From the IMG/VR virus record IMGVR_UViG_3300017707_001880, positions 1 through 63,968 of that record: a stretch of DNA of 63,968 nt; one strand, given 5' to 3'. The DNA comes from a virus. Lineage: Duplodnaviria > Caudoviricetes. Made by a program: the position numbers and the translations under genes. This document shows, piece by piece, positions 36,873 to 46,357 of the stretch; the stretch's first letter is position 1; every line of letters starts with the position of its first letter. The notes under the pieces were generated by a model. The model was not told the DNA's origin. It worked only from the letters and a program-made list of their open reading frames with translations, and made no database searches.

Positions 36873-39800
36873 TCACTGCACCCGGTAGAAGACGGTGCCG
36901 TTCAGGATCCAGGCCGCCGTCGCGTTTGCCGCCAATGTCGAAGCCGTCGCGCCCGCAATGGTGTAGCCCGAGGGCGCGGCGATTGTCAGAGCCGTGATCG
37001 TATTTGTCGACATGATCTGCACCCGCGATCCCTGCGGCACATTCCGAGGCAGCGTCACGGTGCCCGTGGCCAACACGCCGGCCGGGGTGAACGCCGTGAA
37101 CAACTGCTGATCGGGCACCGAGTAGGAGAACCCGTTGACGGGCGTGTTCACCGCCGAGGACGTCGGAGACGCCGTGGCGTTCAGGTCCAACGCTCCCATG
37201 ACCGCCGGCATCACCAACTGGTCGCCCAAAGTGCTGGGGTGATTGAAGCCGCCACCGCCCCACGCGCCACTTTCATTATCAAGCCCCCACAAGAGGCGGT
37301 CCGAGCCGTAGACCTGATAAAACGTGGGGGACTCTGGAGAGCCGGCTACCGCACGAGCAAGAGCGGTCGAACTGGTCGTCAGGAGGTAGCGGCTGAATGT
37401 GCCTCCCACCGTAATGGTCGGACGATGATAGCCGCCGAACTTAACCACACGCCCCGTCCAAACGGGCGAGCAGGAAAAGCAGTCTTCGTTGAAGATCGTG
37501 GCTTTCGATCCCTGCAAGTTGAAGCTGAGAGCGCCGTCGCAAATTGTTGAAGCGACAGTGCAGGTCGCCGCCACGCCTGTGTCAGTAGTCGGAACCGGCT
37601 CGTGGTAGAACTTCAGCGTGACCGCCTGGCTCACCAGCGCCGTGCTTACCGCCGGCGTGATGGTAATGGAGGTGCCGGCCGAATTGATGGCCGTGACGGT
37701 GCCGGTGTAGGTCGCGCCGGCAACGCCCGCGCCAGGAATGTCGATCGCGGCATTCACGAAGCCCATGTTCGTGCAGGCCGCGGCGCAGGTCACCGTCGTC
37801 GTGGCGACGGAGACCGTGGCTGCCGTATCAACGTCAAACGTCCGAACCCGCACGGTGTAGTTACCAGTGCCCGAAGCGTAGCCCAGACGAACGTGACCAC
37901 CGCTGTATGGTGTGGTCGCGCCAGTCTGGGTGCCGCTGGACTCAGGCGTCCCTGACGCGCCGTTACCCAAAGAAAAATCCACCGATACGACCGACGCCCA
38001 CCATGCCGCGATATTTGCCGCCGTGACCCGAAAACCGCCCATGGTCACCTGATAATCGTACACTGGCACTGGCCATCTGTAGGTGGCATCGCTGACGGAA
38101 ATGCCGTCGTTCGCGGTAGAGGGCGGCACAACGTAAGTTGCACGCTCGGGCGCCAAGAAGTCCTGCGACCAGCCGAGATTGGCGAACGAGCGCGCGCGGC
38201 CAATGTCGACCAGGCCGGGACAACCGCCGTTGGCCAGACGGTATTCACATGCCAACGACCAGGACCGAAGATAGCCCATGGAGTAGTCCTTGTTTGCCGT
38301 CGATTGCTGGCTGCTGGCCGTTGCCATGCCGGGCGGCCCCTCGGTCGCGATCAGGATGTCCGGGGTCTTCCCACACGCCGTCCGCCAACCGGTCCCCTGC
38401 ATCACGTTCATGGAATTGATGAACGAAGACCACAGCAGGCTCAAGCCGTCATTGTAGCCCAACTTGGCCACCACAACGTCGGGGCACGCCGCCTGCACGA
38501 ACGTGTACCATTGGTTTGATGTGGGAGTGTACCAGCCCGGGAACACCGCAGTGCTGCCCGATGGAATGCCGGCGCCATTGCCGTAGTTCGGACCGGCGGG
38601 GTCAAACGTCCCCCAAACCTGGCCGCCGATGGCAAAGTTGTCGCATACGACCGTTTTGCCCGGGTTCTGTTTGCGGAAGCCGTCGCACACATACTGCGGG
38701 ATCGTCATGCGCCCCATTGCACTGTAGTTCGACGTCATCTGGCTATCGCCAATGAAGGCCACCTTCAAGGTAGAACCGCTGTTGCTGGCTGTCCGCAAGT
38801 GCAGGCTTGGCACGATGGTGGAGTCAGCCAGGGGGGGCGCAACGCCAGCATTGCATCCACGCGATACCGGGCGCGCAAGAGACAGCGATGTGGGCAGATA
38901 TACGTCACCTTCGCCGCACCAGATCAGAGACGCGCCGTTAGATGTGATCTGGGCCAACGTGCCTGTGGCCAAAAAATAGGCCTTCTCGACGGGAACGTAG
39001 AGATACTGATAGCCGGCCGCCGCGGCGGCGTTCGTCATTGCGACCCAGGGTGCCGTGGAATCCGATCCCCAGGTCAGCCGCGTGTTGTTGTTCGTCTTCG
39101 CCCCGGCGTTGACCGCCCCCATCACGATATGGCTGGGATCCGTCACAGACGAAATCGTTGTCACCAAGGGAGCCGTCCCAGCGGAACCGCCGTCGATCAG
39201 TTCGATCGCCGCGCCAACGTCATTCGGTCCGAAAACCGCCTGCCCCCAATACGTCCAGCGCGAAGCCCCTGTCAGGGCGCATGTCGGCGCGTCTGACACC
39301 GTGGCAATGGCGCCCGTGCCGTTCACCGCCGTCACCTTGGTAACCAGGGTGTTCGCGCAGTTCGCCCCGGTGGCGTTCGGGATGGCGATGTCGGACAGGT
39401 AGCCGCCCGCATACCCCGGCTGCGTGTAGTCGTAGGACGCGAAGGTGTTGGCCGGCAGCGTCACCGTGGTCGCGCCCGCGGCAAAGGTCACCGGCGCGTA
39501 GATGGCGACGTTATAGGTCAGGCGCCGCTGGCTGGAGGGAGCCGACGCCGTGGCTGGGAACAGGCCCTGCGGCCCGATCACGACCTGCGCGCCCGCATCC
39601 ACATTCGTCGACGCCGCGGTGCCAATCACGATGGTCTGGGTGGCGCCCTCGGACGTGATGGACGTCACATCCGCCTGAAGGTCCGCACCGGCCGCGCCGC
39701 AGCCCGGCAGCTTGATGCGCTTGGTATTCGCCTGGTTCGCGCTGTTCGGGAACACGCCCGGCGTCATCGTCACCGTGGTCGAGCCGCTGGCGCAGACCAG

Positions 39801-40352
39801 CCTGGACGCAGTGATCGAGTAGGTGGTTTCGATTTGCACGTTCGGGGATGCGTTGCTGACTGTCACCTGCGCCGGCCGCCGCTTTGCGGGGCGCGCGTTG
39901 GCCGAGAAATCACCCAGGGTAAAATAGGCCGGCATCGTAGACAGCGCGATCCGACCATCAGCGCCGGGGGGGACACCGCCCGTGGCCGCCCAATAGTTGC
40001 CCGTGGTCGTGGGGCCGGCATCGGCCACGATGAAGCTCGATGCGCCCGGCGTCAGCGTGAAACTGCTCGCTTCATTGATCGCGCTGGCGGCCGGCGTGAT
40101 GACGACGTTGGCTGCCCCGATGTTCTGCACCTTGATGATGCAGCCTGAGATGAACTGGCCGTTTGCGCCGGCTTGCGGCAGAGCGGCCGCTACACCAGTG
40201 GCGTTGTCGAACAGGATGAGGCGCCGACCGTTCGGGTCACAGTCCTGATTGGTGAACGTGTAGGTCTGCCCGGTCTTCGTGCTGACCACCTGCGCCGACG
40301 CCGGGGCACACATTGCCGCCAGCGCCGTCACCGCATAGAGCCACTTCTTCAT
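36873..40352 (-). CDS. Fibre/spike-like protein with signal peptide, SGNH-hydrolase domain and 20 Cys
   Basis: MKKWLYAVTALAAMCAPASA|QVVS; FIGDSQ, AIGG, LGYND, GFNHP. Confidence 0.85.
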   Translation of the reverse strand: MKKWLYAVTALAAMCAPASAQVVSTKTGQTYTFTNQDCDPNGRRLILFDNATGVAAALPQAGANGQFISGCIIKVQNIGAANVVITPAASAINEASSFTLTPGASSFIVADAGPTTTGNYWAATGGVPPGADGRIALSTMPAYFTLGDFSANARPAKRRPAQVTVSNASPNVQIETTYSITASRLVCASGSTTVTMTPGVFPNSANQANTKRIKLPGCGAAGADLQADVTSITSEGATQTIVIGTAASTNVDAGAQVVIGPQGLFPATASAPSSQRRLTYNVAIYAPVTFAAGATTVTLPANTFASYDYTQPGYAGGYLSDIAIPNATGANCANTLVTKVTAVNGTGAIATVSDAPTCALTGASRWTYWGQAVFGPNDVGAAIELIDGGSAGTAPLVTTISSVTDPSHIVMGAVNAGAKTNNNTRLTWGSDSTAPWVAMTNAAAAAGYQYLYVPVEKAYFLATGTLAQITSNGASLIWCGEGDVYLPTSLSLARPVSRGCNAGVAPPLADSTIVPSLHLRTASNSGSTLKVAFIGDSQMTSNYSAMGRMTIPQYVCDGFRKQNPGKTVVCDNFAIGGQVWGTFDPAGPNYGNGAGIPSGSTAVFPGWYTPTSNQWYTFVQAACPDVVVAKLGYNDGLSLLWSSFINSMNVMQGTGWRTACGKTPDILIATEGPPGMATASSQQSTANKDYSMGYLRSWSLACEYRLANGGCPGLVDIGRARSFANLGWSQDFLAPERATYVVPPSTANDGISVSDATYRWPVPVYDYQVTMGGFRVTAANIAAWWASVVSVDFSLGNGASGTPESSGTQTGATTPYSGGHVRLGYASGTGNYTVRVRTFDVDTAATVSVATTTVTCAAACTNMGFVNAAIDIPGAGVAGATYTGTVTAINSAGTSITITPAVSTALVSQAVTLKFYHEPVPTTDTGVAATCTVASTICDGALSFNLQGSKATIFNEDCFSCSPVWTGRVVKFGGYHRPTITVGGTFSRYLLTTSSTALARAVAGSPESPTFYQVYGSDRLLWGLDNESGAWGGGGFNHPSTLGDQLVMPAVMGALDLNATASPTSSAVNTPVNGFSYSVPDQQLFTAFTPAGVLATGTVTLPRNVPQGSRVQIMSTNTITALTIAAPSGYTIAGATASTLAANATAAWILNGTVFYRVQ

Positions 40353-40367
40353 GATGGTCGCCTCCAA

Positions 40368-41633
40368 TTAGCCCTGAACAGTACCGAACAGCGACACCGC
40401 ATCAGTCGGCATCCCCTGCAACACGTCGATGGGTCGCAGCGTCAGGCCCACCTCCAAGCGCCGGCCGCTCATGGCCAGGCTCGAAATGGTGCCGTTCGAG
40501 GCGTTCGCGCCGATCCCCGATCCCGGGCCGGAAGCGCCGGTCTGGATGGCCCCGCGCACGTCGTTCGTGGTCGTGGTCGCCGGCGATGTCGTATCGGCCG
40601 CTACCCACCCCGTCGCACTCGTCTGGCGCGCGCCGTTCCAGTAGACGTCGGTGTATTCCCAGATCGTCGACCGGTAGCCGAACCCGAAGTAGTCCGTGGT
40701 CCCCGCATTGTAGTTCGCGGCGTCCGTGAACTGCGGCACCACCGAGGTGATGTACTTGAAGGTCTTGAAGGTATAGCCCGTCGCCGCAGCACCCACCGTC
40801 ACCAGTTCGGACATGGGCTGCCCGTAGATGTCGTAGCCCGACACCAGGAAGTTGCCCCCCGTCGAGCCGCCCGCACCCGTGATGCTCAGCCCACGGCTGA
40901 TGGCCTGCCGGGGATCCAGGATCATGGCCGGGCCTTGTGCCAGGAACGGGAAGGCCGCGGTCGGGGTGGGATACCCGATGGTGCTCGGCCCCCACAGGTT
41001 GCCGGTGCCGATCGCCGCCGTCGCGCTGGATGCCAGGGGGGCGTTCATGATCGTGATGGTGGTCGCGTCTTCGATCGCCGTGACCATCGTGAGCAGGGGA
41101 ATGGTGCCACCCGAGTTTCCCACGCGGGCAATCACGATCGGCATGCCCACCCAGAACAGCGCCGAGGACGAGACGGTGACCGAGGTGTCGCCGGACGTCA
41201 CGTTGCCGAAGCCAAAGCCGAAATCGAGGGCAATCGCCGCCGTCACGGGCGCGGAGCCGTTCAACTGCGCCGAGAAGGGCACGACCGGGATGTTGCGCTC
41301 GATGCCCACCGACGCCGCCGCCAGGGTCATGGCCGTGCCGCTGACCACCGCCTGCGCTGCCGCGATCTTGCTGGTTCCGAGCGCCGCCGGGATCTGGCTG
41401 ATCGACTTCATGTAGGGCGCCGGCAGGTGCGCCTGCACCACGCCCGTTGCGCCGGTGGTTCCGTCCTTGTTGAAAAAGATGCGGGGATCAAGCCATGCCG
41501 TCCCCTGGAAGACGCCGCTCGGCCCCGCGTCAGGGTTGGGATCAGGAGAGCCGCCGCCGCCATACGTCGAGTTCGGCAGGGAGCCGGTCGCGCCGTAGAC
41601 CATCTGCGGGCCGGAAAGGTTTGTGGTGCTCAT
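40368..41633 (-). CDS. Capsid-associated structural protein
   Basis: MSTTNLSGP N-terminus; SGYDIYGQPMSE; ATTTTNDVRG. Confidence 0.75.
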   Translation of the reverse strand: MSTTNLSGPQMVYGATGSLPNSTYGGGGSPDPNPDAGPSGVFQGTAWLDPRIFFNKDGTTGATGVVQAHLPAPYMKSISQIPAALGTSKIAAAQAVVSGTAMTLAAASVGIERNIPVVPFSAQLNGSAPVTAAIALDFGFGFGNVTSGDTSVTVSSSALFWVGMPIVIARVGNSGGTIPLLTMVTAIEDATTITIMNAPLASSATAAIGTGNLWGPSTIGYPTPTAAFPFLAQGPAMILDPRQAISRGLSITGAGGSTGGNFLVSGYDIYGQPMSELVTVGAAATGYTFKTFKYITSVVPQFTDAANYNAGTTDYFGFGYRSTIWEYTDVYWNGARQTSATGWVAADTTSPATTTTNDVRGAIQTGASGPGSGIGANASNGTISSLAMSGRRLEVGLTLRPIDVLQGMPTDAVSLFGTVQG

Positions 41634-42509
41634 CTACGCAACTCCTTTGTGAGCGTACTCACCGAAATGTTCTGCCTCGGCCGCCTCGCGGAGACGTTTG
41701 GCACCCTCGATCGTCGTGGAAGAGCCCAGGTATCGAGTCTTCCTCTGCACCGTGATGGTGGCAATCCACCGCTGTTTCCTTGTGCTCCAGGAGACCCCGG
41801 TGACGCCGGACCGGCTAGCGTCGAGAAGCCTCTTGTTCATGGCATTCTGGGAGGCCGTCGCCAGTCGAAGATTGCACCAGCGGTTGTCCACGCGGTCCCC
41901 GTTGATGTGGTCGATGTGCCCGTCAGGCATCTGTCCCGTCATCCAGAGCCACGCAAGCCGGTGCGCCAGATGAAGCTTCCCCATGATGTTCATACGCCTG
42001 TAGCCATGCGTCATCGTGTTCCCTGCGACCTCGCCCACGAAACGAAGGTTCCAGGAGCGGTCCCTGTCAGCCCGCACACGCCAACGGAACACGCCGGTAT
42101 CCGGGTCATAGTCCAACGCAGCGCGAACCTCATCGTAAGTCATCGGGACCCGCTTCTGTCGTCCCGATCTGAGCGTGGGGGCCGAGACAATCCGTGGGGT
42201 CCCCAGAACACCCCCGCCAGGACGCCCCTGATATCCACCGTGCAAGTGACGGTCGCGGGCATTCTCGCGACGATGACCCAGCCGGAGATGCTGCACGTTG
42301 ATGCAGCACGAAACCCCGCATGAGTGCAGAACCCACAACCCCTTGGGGATGCGACCGCGCTCCACCTCCCATGCCACCCGATGCGCCTGCTCCATCTTGC
42401 CGTGAACTTTCATCACGCCGTGCTCGCGAACGAGCGTGCTTTGCCAAAGCAAGCACCCCGTATTCGGCTCCCAGATCGAATTGGCCTCAAGCCGTTCCAC
42501 TATGTTCAT
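41634..42509 (-). CDS. Free-standing double-HNH homing endonuclease with AP2 domain
   Basis: HSCGVSCCINVQHLRLG..EN; IDHINGDRVDNRWCNLRLAT..N; SGVTGVSW...RWIATI...YLG. Confidence 0.9.
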   Translation of the reverse strand: MNIVERLEANSIWEPNTGCLLWQSTLVREHGVMKVHGKMEQAHRVAWEVERGRIPKGLWVLHSCGVSCCINVQHLRLGHRRENARDRHLHGGYQGRPGGGVLGTPRIVSAPTLRSGRQKRVPMTYDEVRAALDYDPDTGVFRWRVRADRDRSWNLRFVGEVAGNTMTHGYRRMNIMGKLHLAHRLAWLWMTGQMPDGHIDHINGDRVDNRWCNLRLATASQNAMNKRLLDASRSGVTGVSWSTRKQRWIATITVQRKTRYLGSSTTIEGAKRLREAAEAEHFGEYAHKGVA

Positions 42510-42574
42510 CCTTACCTCCTGGCGCATGCCCTGATATACCAGAACATACGCCAGGAAGAAAACCCGAGACCGGC

Positions 42575-43483
42575 TCAGTTGGTGGGGTATACGCCAATTC
42601 CGAGGCGAAAATCGTCGAAGCCCATGTAAAACCTGGAATAGGCTTTCACCATCAGGTTGTCGGTGGTGAAGTCCGTCTGCATGGACGTCTCGAACGGCGT
42701 GCGGGACAGGTAGATCAGGCCCCCGACGTCGGTGAGGACGAACCACGCGTAGGGCGACGTGAGGAAGTCCAGGACCACGTAGCCGTTGGACAGGTCGTTG
42801 TTCTCCTTCACGGACCACGTATCGTTGTTGGTCGTGCCGGGGCGGAGTTCGGTTTCCATGAGGCGCTTGGCCACATGGCGCAGTTCGACCGGGACCACCA
42901 GCTTGCGGGCCTGGGCGGGCTTGAGCAGGCCAGCGTTATCGCGGAACCGGCGGGCCATGTTGTTGGCCATGGTCAGCGAGGCTTCGTTCAGGCCGACCTG
43001 CACCTGCGGGGTGTTCGCGACCACGCCGCCGTCGATGGGATGACTGGTGGAGAACAGTGGCTGGTTGTCGCCGCCGATCTGCGGGTTCAGCACGTTGCCG
43101 GTGTTCAGCGTCGCGGCGCCCTGGATTTCCTCCATCTGCTTGAAGGAGGACACGAGCCCCAGGTTCGCGGGGTTGAAGGCCGACTTGTAGAGGTTGTCGT
43201 CCATGGCCTCGCGGGTGAACGAGTAGCCCAGGCCGAACGCGACGTGGATGTGGTTGTAGGTGAACCGCTGTCCGGCGCCGTTGTCGAAGGTGGTCGGCGT
43301 GCCCTGCTGCTTGAGTTCGGGCAGGGGCAGGTAGCGCATGTGGATGGTGCGTTCCGCCTCCATGTGCGACGTGCCGGTGGCGTAGACCAGCGACCACTGC
43401 GTTGGGATGTCGTTGTACATGCCAGCGATCTTGCGGGCACCCGGCAGCAACGCGCCGGGGATCTGAGAGGATGTAATGGCCAT
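42575..43483 (-). CDS. Major capsid protein
   Basis: MAITSSQIPGALLPG...FTREAMDDNLY...GGDNQPLFSTSHP...LTSPYAWFV. Confidence 0.9.
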   Translation of the reverse strand: MAITSSQIPGALLPGARKIAGMYNDIPTQWSLVYATGTSHMEAERTIHMRYLPLPELKQQGTPTTFDNGAGQRFTYNHIHVAFGLGYSFTREAMDDNLYKSAFNPANLGLVSSFKQMEEIQGAATLNTGNVLNPQIGGDNQPLFSTSHPIDGGVVANTPQVQVGLNEASLTMANNMARRFRDNAGLLKPAQARKLVVPVELRHVAKRLMETELRPGTTNNDTWSVKENNDLSNGYVVLDFLTSPYAWFVLTDVGGLIYLSRTPFETSMQTDFTTDNLMVKAYSRFYMGFDDFRLGIGVYPTN

Positions 43484-43498
43484 CTCTATGGTCTCCGA

Positions 43499-44107
43499 TC
43501 AGATGCCGGTGGGGTTCAGGACTTCCGCGGTGTTCATCTTCACGATGATCCACGGATAGGTGTTCGCCGGGTCTTGCGAACTGCCCGGCAAGCCGGCGAC
43601 GCCGAGGATGCGGAAGGGCAGCGTGTTGGTCGTGTCCAGCGAGGCATAGTCGAGAACCAAGGTGGACTGGCCGGCGAAGTTCGGAGCGCCGTTGGAGGCA
43701 TTCACGAAGCCGATGTTCTTGCCGCGCCAGGAGGGATCGTAGACCCCGCCGTTCACCTGCGCGATGAACTCGGCGCCGGGGTCGGAAACCACAAGGCAGG
43801 GAACGGGGGCGTTGGCGGCGGTGCTCGCCACCCAGCTGCCGTTGAGGCCGTGGTAGGTCTGCTGCACGGTGGGGCTGTAGAACGGCAGGACGCCGCCGAA
43901 CACGCCGAGAATGCTGGTGTCGGACGCCGCGGCAATGGCCACGTAGCCAAGTTCCCCGCCTGTGCCGGTCTTCACCACGTCGCCAATGGCGATCGAGGAA
44001 CCGTAGGCGGCCTTGATGTTGTAGAAGTTGCCCTGGTAGTTCGGCGCTGCCGCGAAGTTGTTGCGGGAGTACTGAAGACCACGGGGCGCCAAGACGTTTG
44101 CTGGCAT
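43499..44107 (-). CDS. Capsid decoration/cement protein
   Basis: MPANVLAPRGL...IAIGDVVK...VSDP..FIAQ; directly upstream of the major capsid gene. Confidence 0.7.
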   Translation of the reverse strand: MPANVLAPRGLQYSRNNFAAAPNYQGNFYNIKAAYGSSIAIGDVVKTGTGGELGYVAIAAASDTSILGVFGGVLPFYSPTVQQTYHGLNGSWVASTAANAPVPCLVVSDPGAEFIAQVNGGVYDPSWRGKNIGFVNASNGAPNFAGQSTLVLDYASLDTTNTLPFRILGVAGLPGSSQDPANTYPWIIVKMNTAEVLNPTGI

Positions 44108-44252
44108 TGTCTGGTGGCTTTCACGAGAAGCCGCCAGCCCGAGCGAATCTCCGGGGCGCGCGCTTGATTGAGAAAGCTCACGCCAGAATGGCCGCGGGCA
44201 ACGGGACCTTACGCACTTTTTTTGTGCGGTTCAATCCCGTTGCGGGAGAGGG
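44108..44252 (-). promoter_or_regulatory. Structured 5' leader of the capsid genes
   Basis: Hairpins at 44198-44243, 44169-44180 and 44111-44137. Confidence 0.5.
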
Positions 44253-45050
44253 TCAGCCGGCCCGGCCGACTTCCTCCTGGATGTCGAGGCCGAGGTTGAT
44301 GACTTCGATGCCCTTCTGCTGCGGAATGCCGGCCCCGCTGCGGAGGTTGCGCCCGCTGGCCGCGCCCTGGGTGTAGGCCGAACGCTGCTGGATGGCTTCG
44401 TCGTAGTCTTCCTGCGCCGCCGCTTGCGTCAGGTGCATGGGGCGGCTGTAGAGGCGCTGGCCATCCATCTCCACGTAGTCGTGATCCCAATCGGGCGGCA
44501 CCAGTTCGGGCCAGTCGCGGGCCTTCTCAAGCTGCCAGCCCTGGCCGTGGACTCGCGCCATGACGGACGGATCGACGGGCTCACCGAGCACGCGGACCGC
44601 CTTAAACTCGTAGGACCAACCACGCTTCATGCGGTGGGGCGGCAGGTATCCCAGCCCCATCTGGTCGTTGCGCCGGAAGCGGCGGACCGCAGGCTGTTCA
44701 CGGGTGGCGCCCCGGTTGTCCTCGGCCCCATAGGCGAACTGCTCGCGCACCGGTTCGGCCCGGCCGTTGGGGTCACTGGCGTTGGAGCGGGCGGGCGCTT
44801 TTCGCACGTCAGCGGCGGTGCGCTCCGTCGCCTCGCGCTCCTGCTGCTCGCGCAAAGCCCTCTGCTGCGCATGGTAGGCGAGCAGCCCGGCGCCGACAGG
44901 CCGGGGAGCACGACGAGTCACGGCTGGCGCATCGGGCTTGTCGTCGTCATCAGGCGCGGCCTGAGCCGCCGGCGCGTCATCCTCGCGCTGCAATTCCTCG
45001 AAAGTGATGTCGTCCGTGACGTCGTTGTCGTCTTCTTTGGTACCAGACAT
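44253..45050 (-). CDS. Head-assembly-associated hypothetical protein
   Basis: GWSYEFK...GWQL...WPEL...DGQRLYSRP; between scaffold and capsid genes. Confidence 0.7.
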   Translation of the reverse strand: MSGTKEDDNDVTDDITFEELQREDDAPAAQAAPDDDDKPDAPAVTRRAPRPVGAGLLAYHAQQRALREQQEREATERTAADVRKAPARSNASDPNGRAEPVREQFAYGAEDNRGATREQPAVRRFRRNDQMGLGYLPPHRMKRGWSYEFKAVRVLGEPVDPSVMARVHGQGWQLEKARDWPELVPPDWDHDYVEMDGQRLYSRPMHLTQAAAQEDYDEAIQQRSAYTQGAASGRNLRSGAGIPQQKGIEVINLGLDIQEEVGRAG

Positions 45051-45065
45051 GATCTTGCCTTCCTG

Positions 45066-46097
45066 TTATCGCCGGCCGTCGCCGCTGATCAGACCGGTCG
45101 GGCGCCCGCGCCGGCGATCCTCGTCGATCTTGACGTGCTCCAAGCAGTAGTCCGCCAACTTCATGCCGCAGATGCGGGCCGCTTCCTCGAAATCCGCCCG
45201 GTCACGCGCGTCAGGGAAGGCGATGGACAGCTTGCCGTTGGCCCCGGACGTGACGCGCATTTGGCCAATGTCGGTCTGCACAATGCGGGAGCCGGGGCCG
45301 TTGCCGCTTCCGCGCGACGGGGGGGCGCCCGAGTTGCCGCGGTCCATGCGATTCTCCTGTTGTGTGTCCCGCTCGCCGTTCAGTTCCCGGGCGATGGTGC
45401 GCTCCACGTAGCGGAAATACTCCGGGGTATCGACGTCCAGGCCCCGTGCTCGCGCGAGTTGATCGGCACCGGCGCAGGCCGCCCGATAGGCCGGGTCCGT
45501 CAGGAACTGCGGATGCGCGTCGATCCAGGCCTGGGTTGCCGGGGTGAACTTCTGGCCGGAAGGCTGTGCCGGCGGCTGTGGGGCTGCCCCACCATCGGCC
45601 CGAGGCGCGGCGCCATGACGGGCCAGATCGGCTTCGCCCTGCCGGATGTTGACGTTGGCGGCGGTCAGAAGCTCGATCGCCGCCTGCTCGCTATCCAGGT
45701 CACCCGACTCGCGAGCGGCACGGTAGGCGGCAGAGGCCGCATCGCGCGCCGTCTTGGCTGATTCCAGTTCCGCCTTGAGTGCGGCGGCCCGGTCCTCGAC
45801 GCGGCTGGCCTGTGTCTCCTGAAGCTGGCGCCGCAGGTCATCGGCTTGGCGCTGCGCTGCGACGCGCTCGGCCCGCTCCCGCCTGGCCGTGGCCTCGTGA
45901 TCCTTGAGCGCCTTCTGGCTTTGGGCCAGTGCGCCGGCGGCATCGTCATCGCCGCTCAGGTCGTTGTCGTCGTTCACAACGGCGGCGGCTTCCTGGCGCT
46001 GCGTGCGTCGTGCGCCCGTATTCTCCCCGCCACCCGTCAGGATTTCTCCCGGCGTGCCGACGTCATCGACGATTTCAATGGTGTCGCTGGGCATCAT
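45066..46097 (-). CDS. Putative scaffolding protein
   Basis: Acidic coiled coil; AWIDAHPQF, DTPEYFRYVE, EAARICGMKLADY. Confidence 0.7.
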   Translation of the reverse strand: MMPSDTIEIVDDVGTPGEILTGGGENTGARRTQRQEAAAVVNDDNDLSGDDDAAGALAQSQKALKDHEATARRERAERVAAQRQADDLRRQLQETQASRVEDRAAALKAELESAKTARDAASAAYRAARESGDLDSEQAAIELLTAANVNIRQGEADLARHGAAPRADGGAAPQPPAQPSGQKFTPATQAWIDAHPQFLTDPAYRAACAGADQLARARGLDVDTPEYFRYVERTIARELNGERDTQQENRMDRGNSGAPPSRGSGNGPGSRIVQTDIGQMRVTSGANGKLSIAFPDARDRADFEEAARICGMKLADYCLEHVKIDEDRRRGRPTGLISGDGRR

Positions 46098-46357
46098 GCC
46101 TGTCCTTCATAGGTCTCGATCATCCCCTTCAGGGTCTCGTATCGGGCGCGGCGTTCGGCATCGCGCTGGCTTGGGTCACGTGGGTCGTTGGTTGGGGCCA
46201 GCACGGCCATCTCGGCCCGTGCCTCGGCCAACAGTTCGGGGCGTGCCGCGAAGGCCGCCAGATACCCGAGGTGGGCTGGATTGGGCTTGCGCCCGACACG
46301 CGCCCGGTAATGGGCCGCGATGTAGTCGGCCAGGACCGGGGGCGCTTCGTCGGTCAT
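46094..46357 (-). CDS. Hypothetical protein
   Basis: Coupled ORF. Confidence 0.55.
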   Translation of the reverse strand: MTDEAPPVLADYIAAHYRARVGRKPNPAHLGYLAAFAARPELLAEARAEMAVLAPTNDPRDPSQRDAERRARYETLKGMIETYEGQA

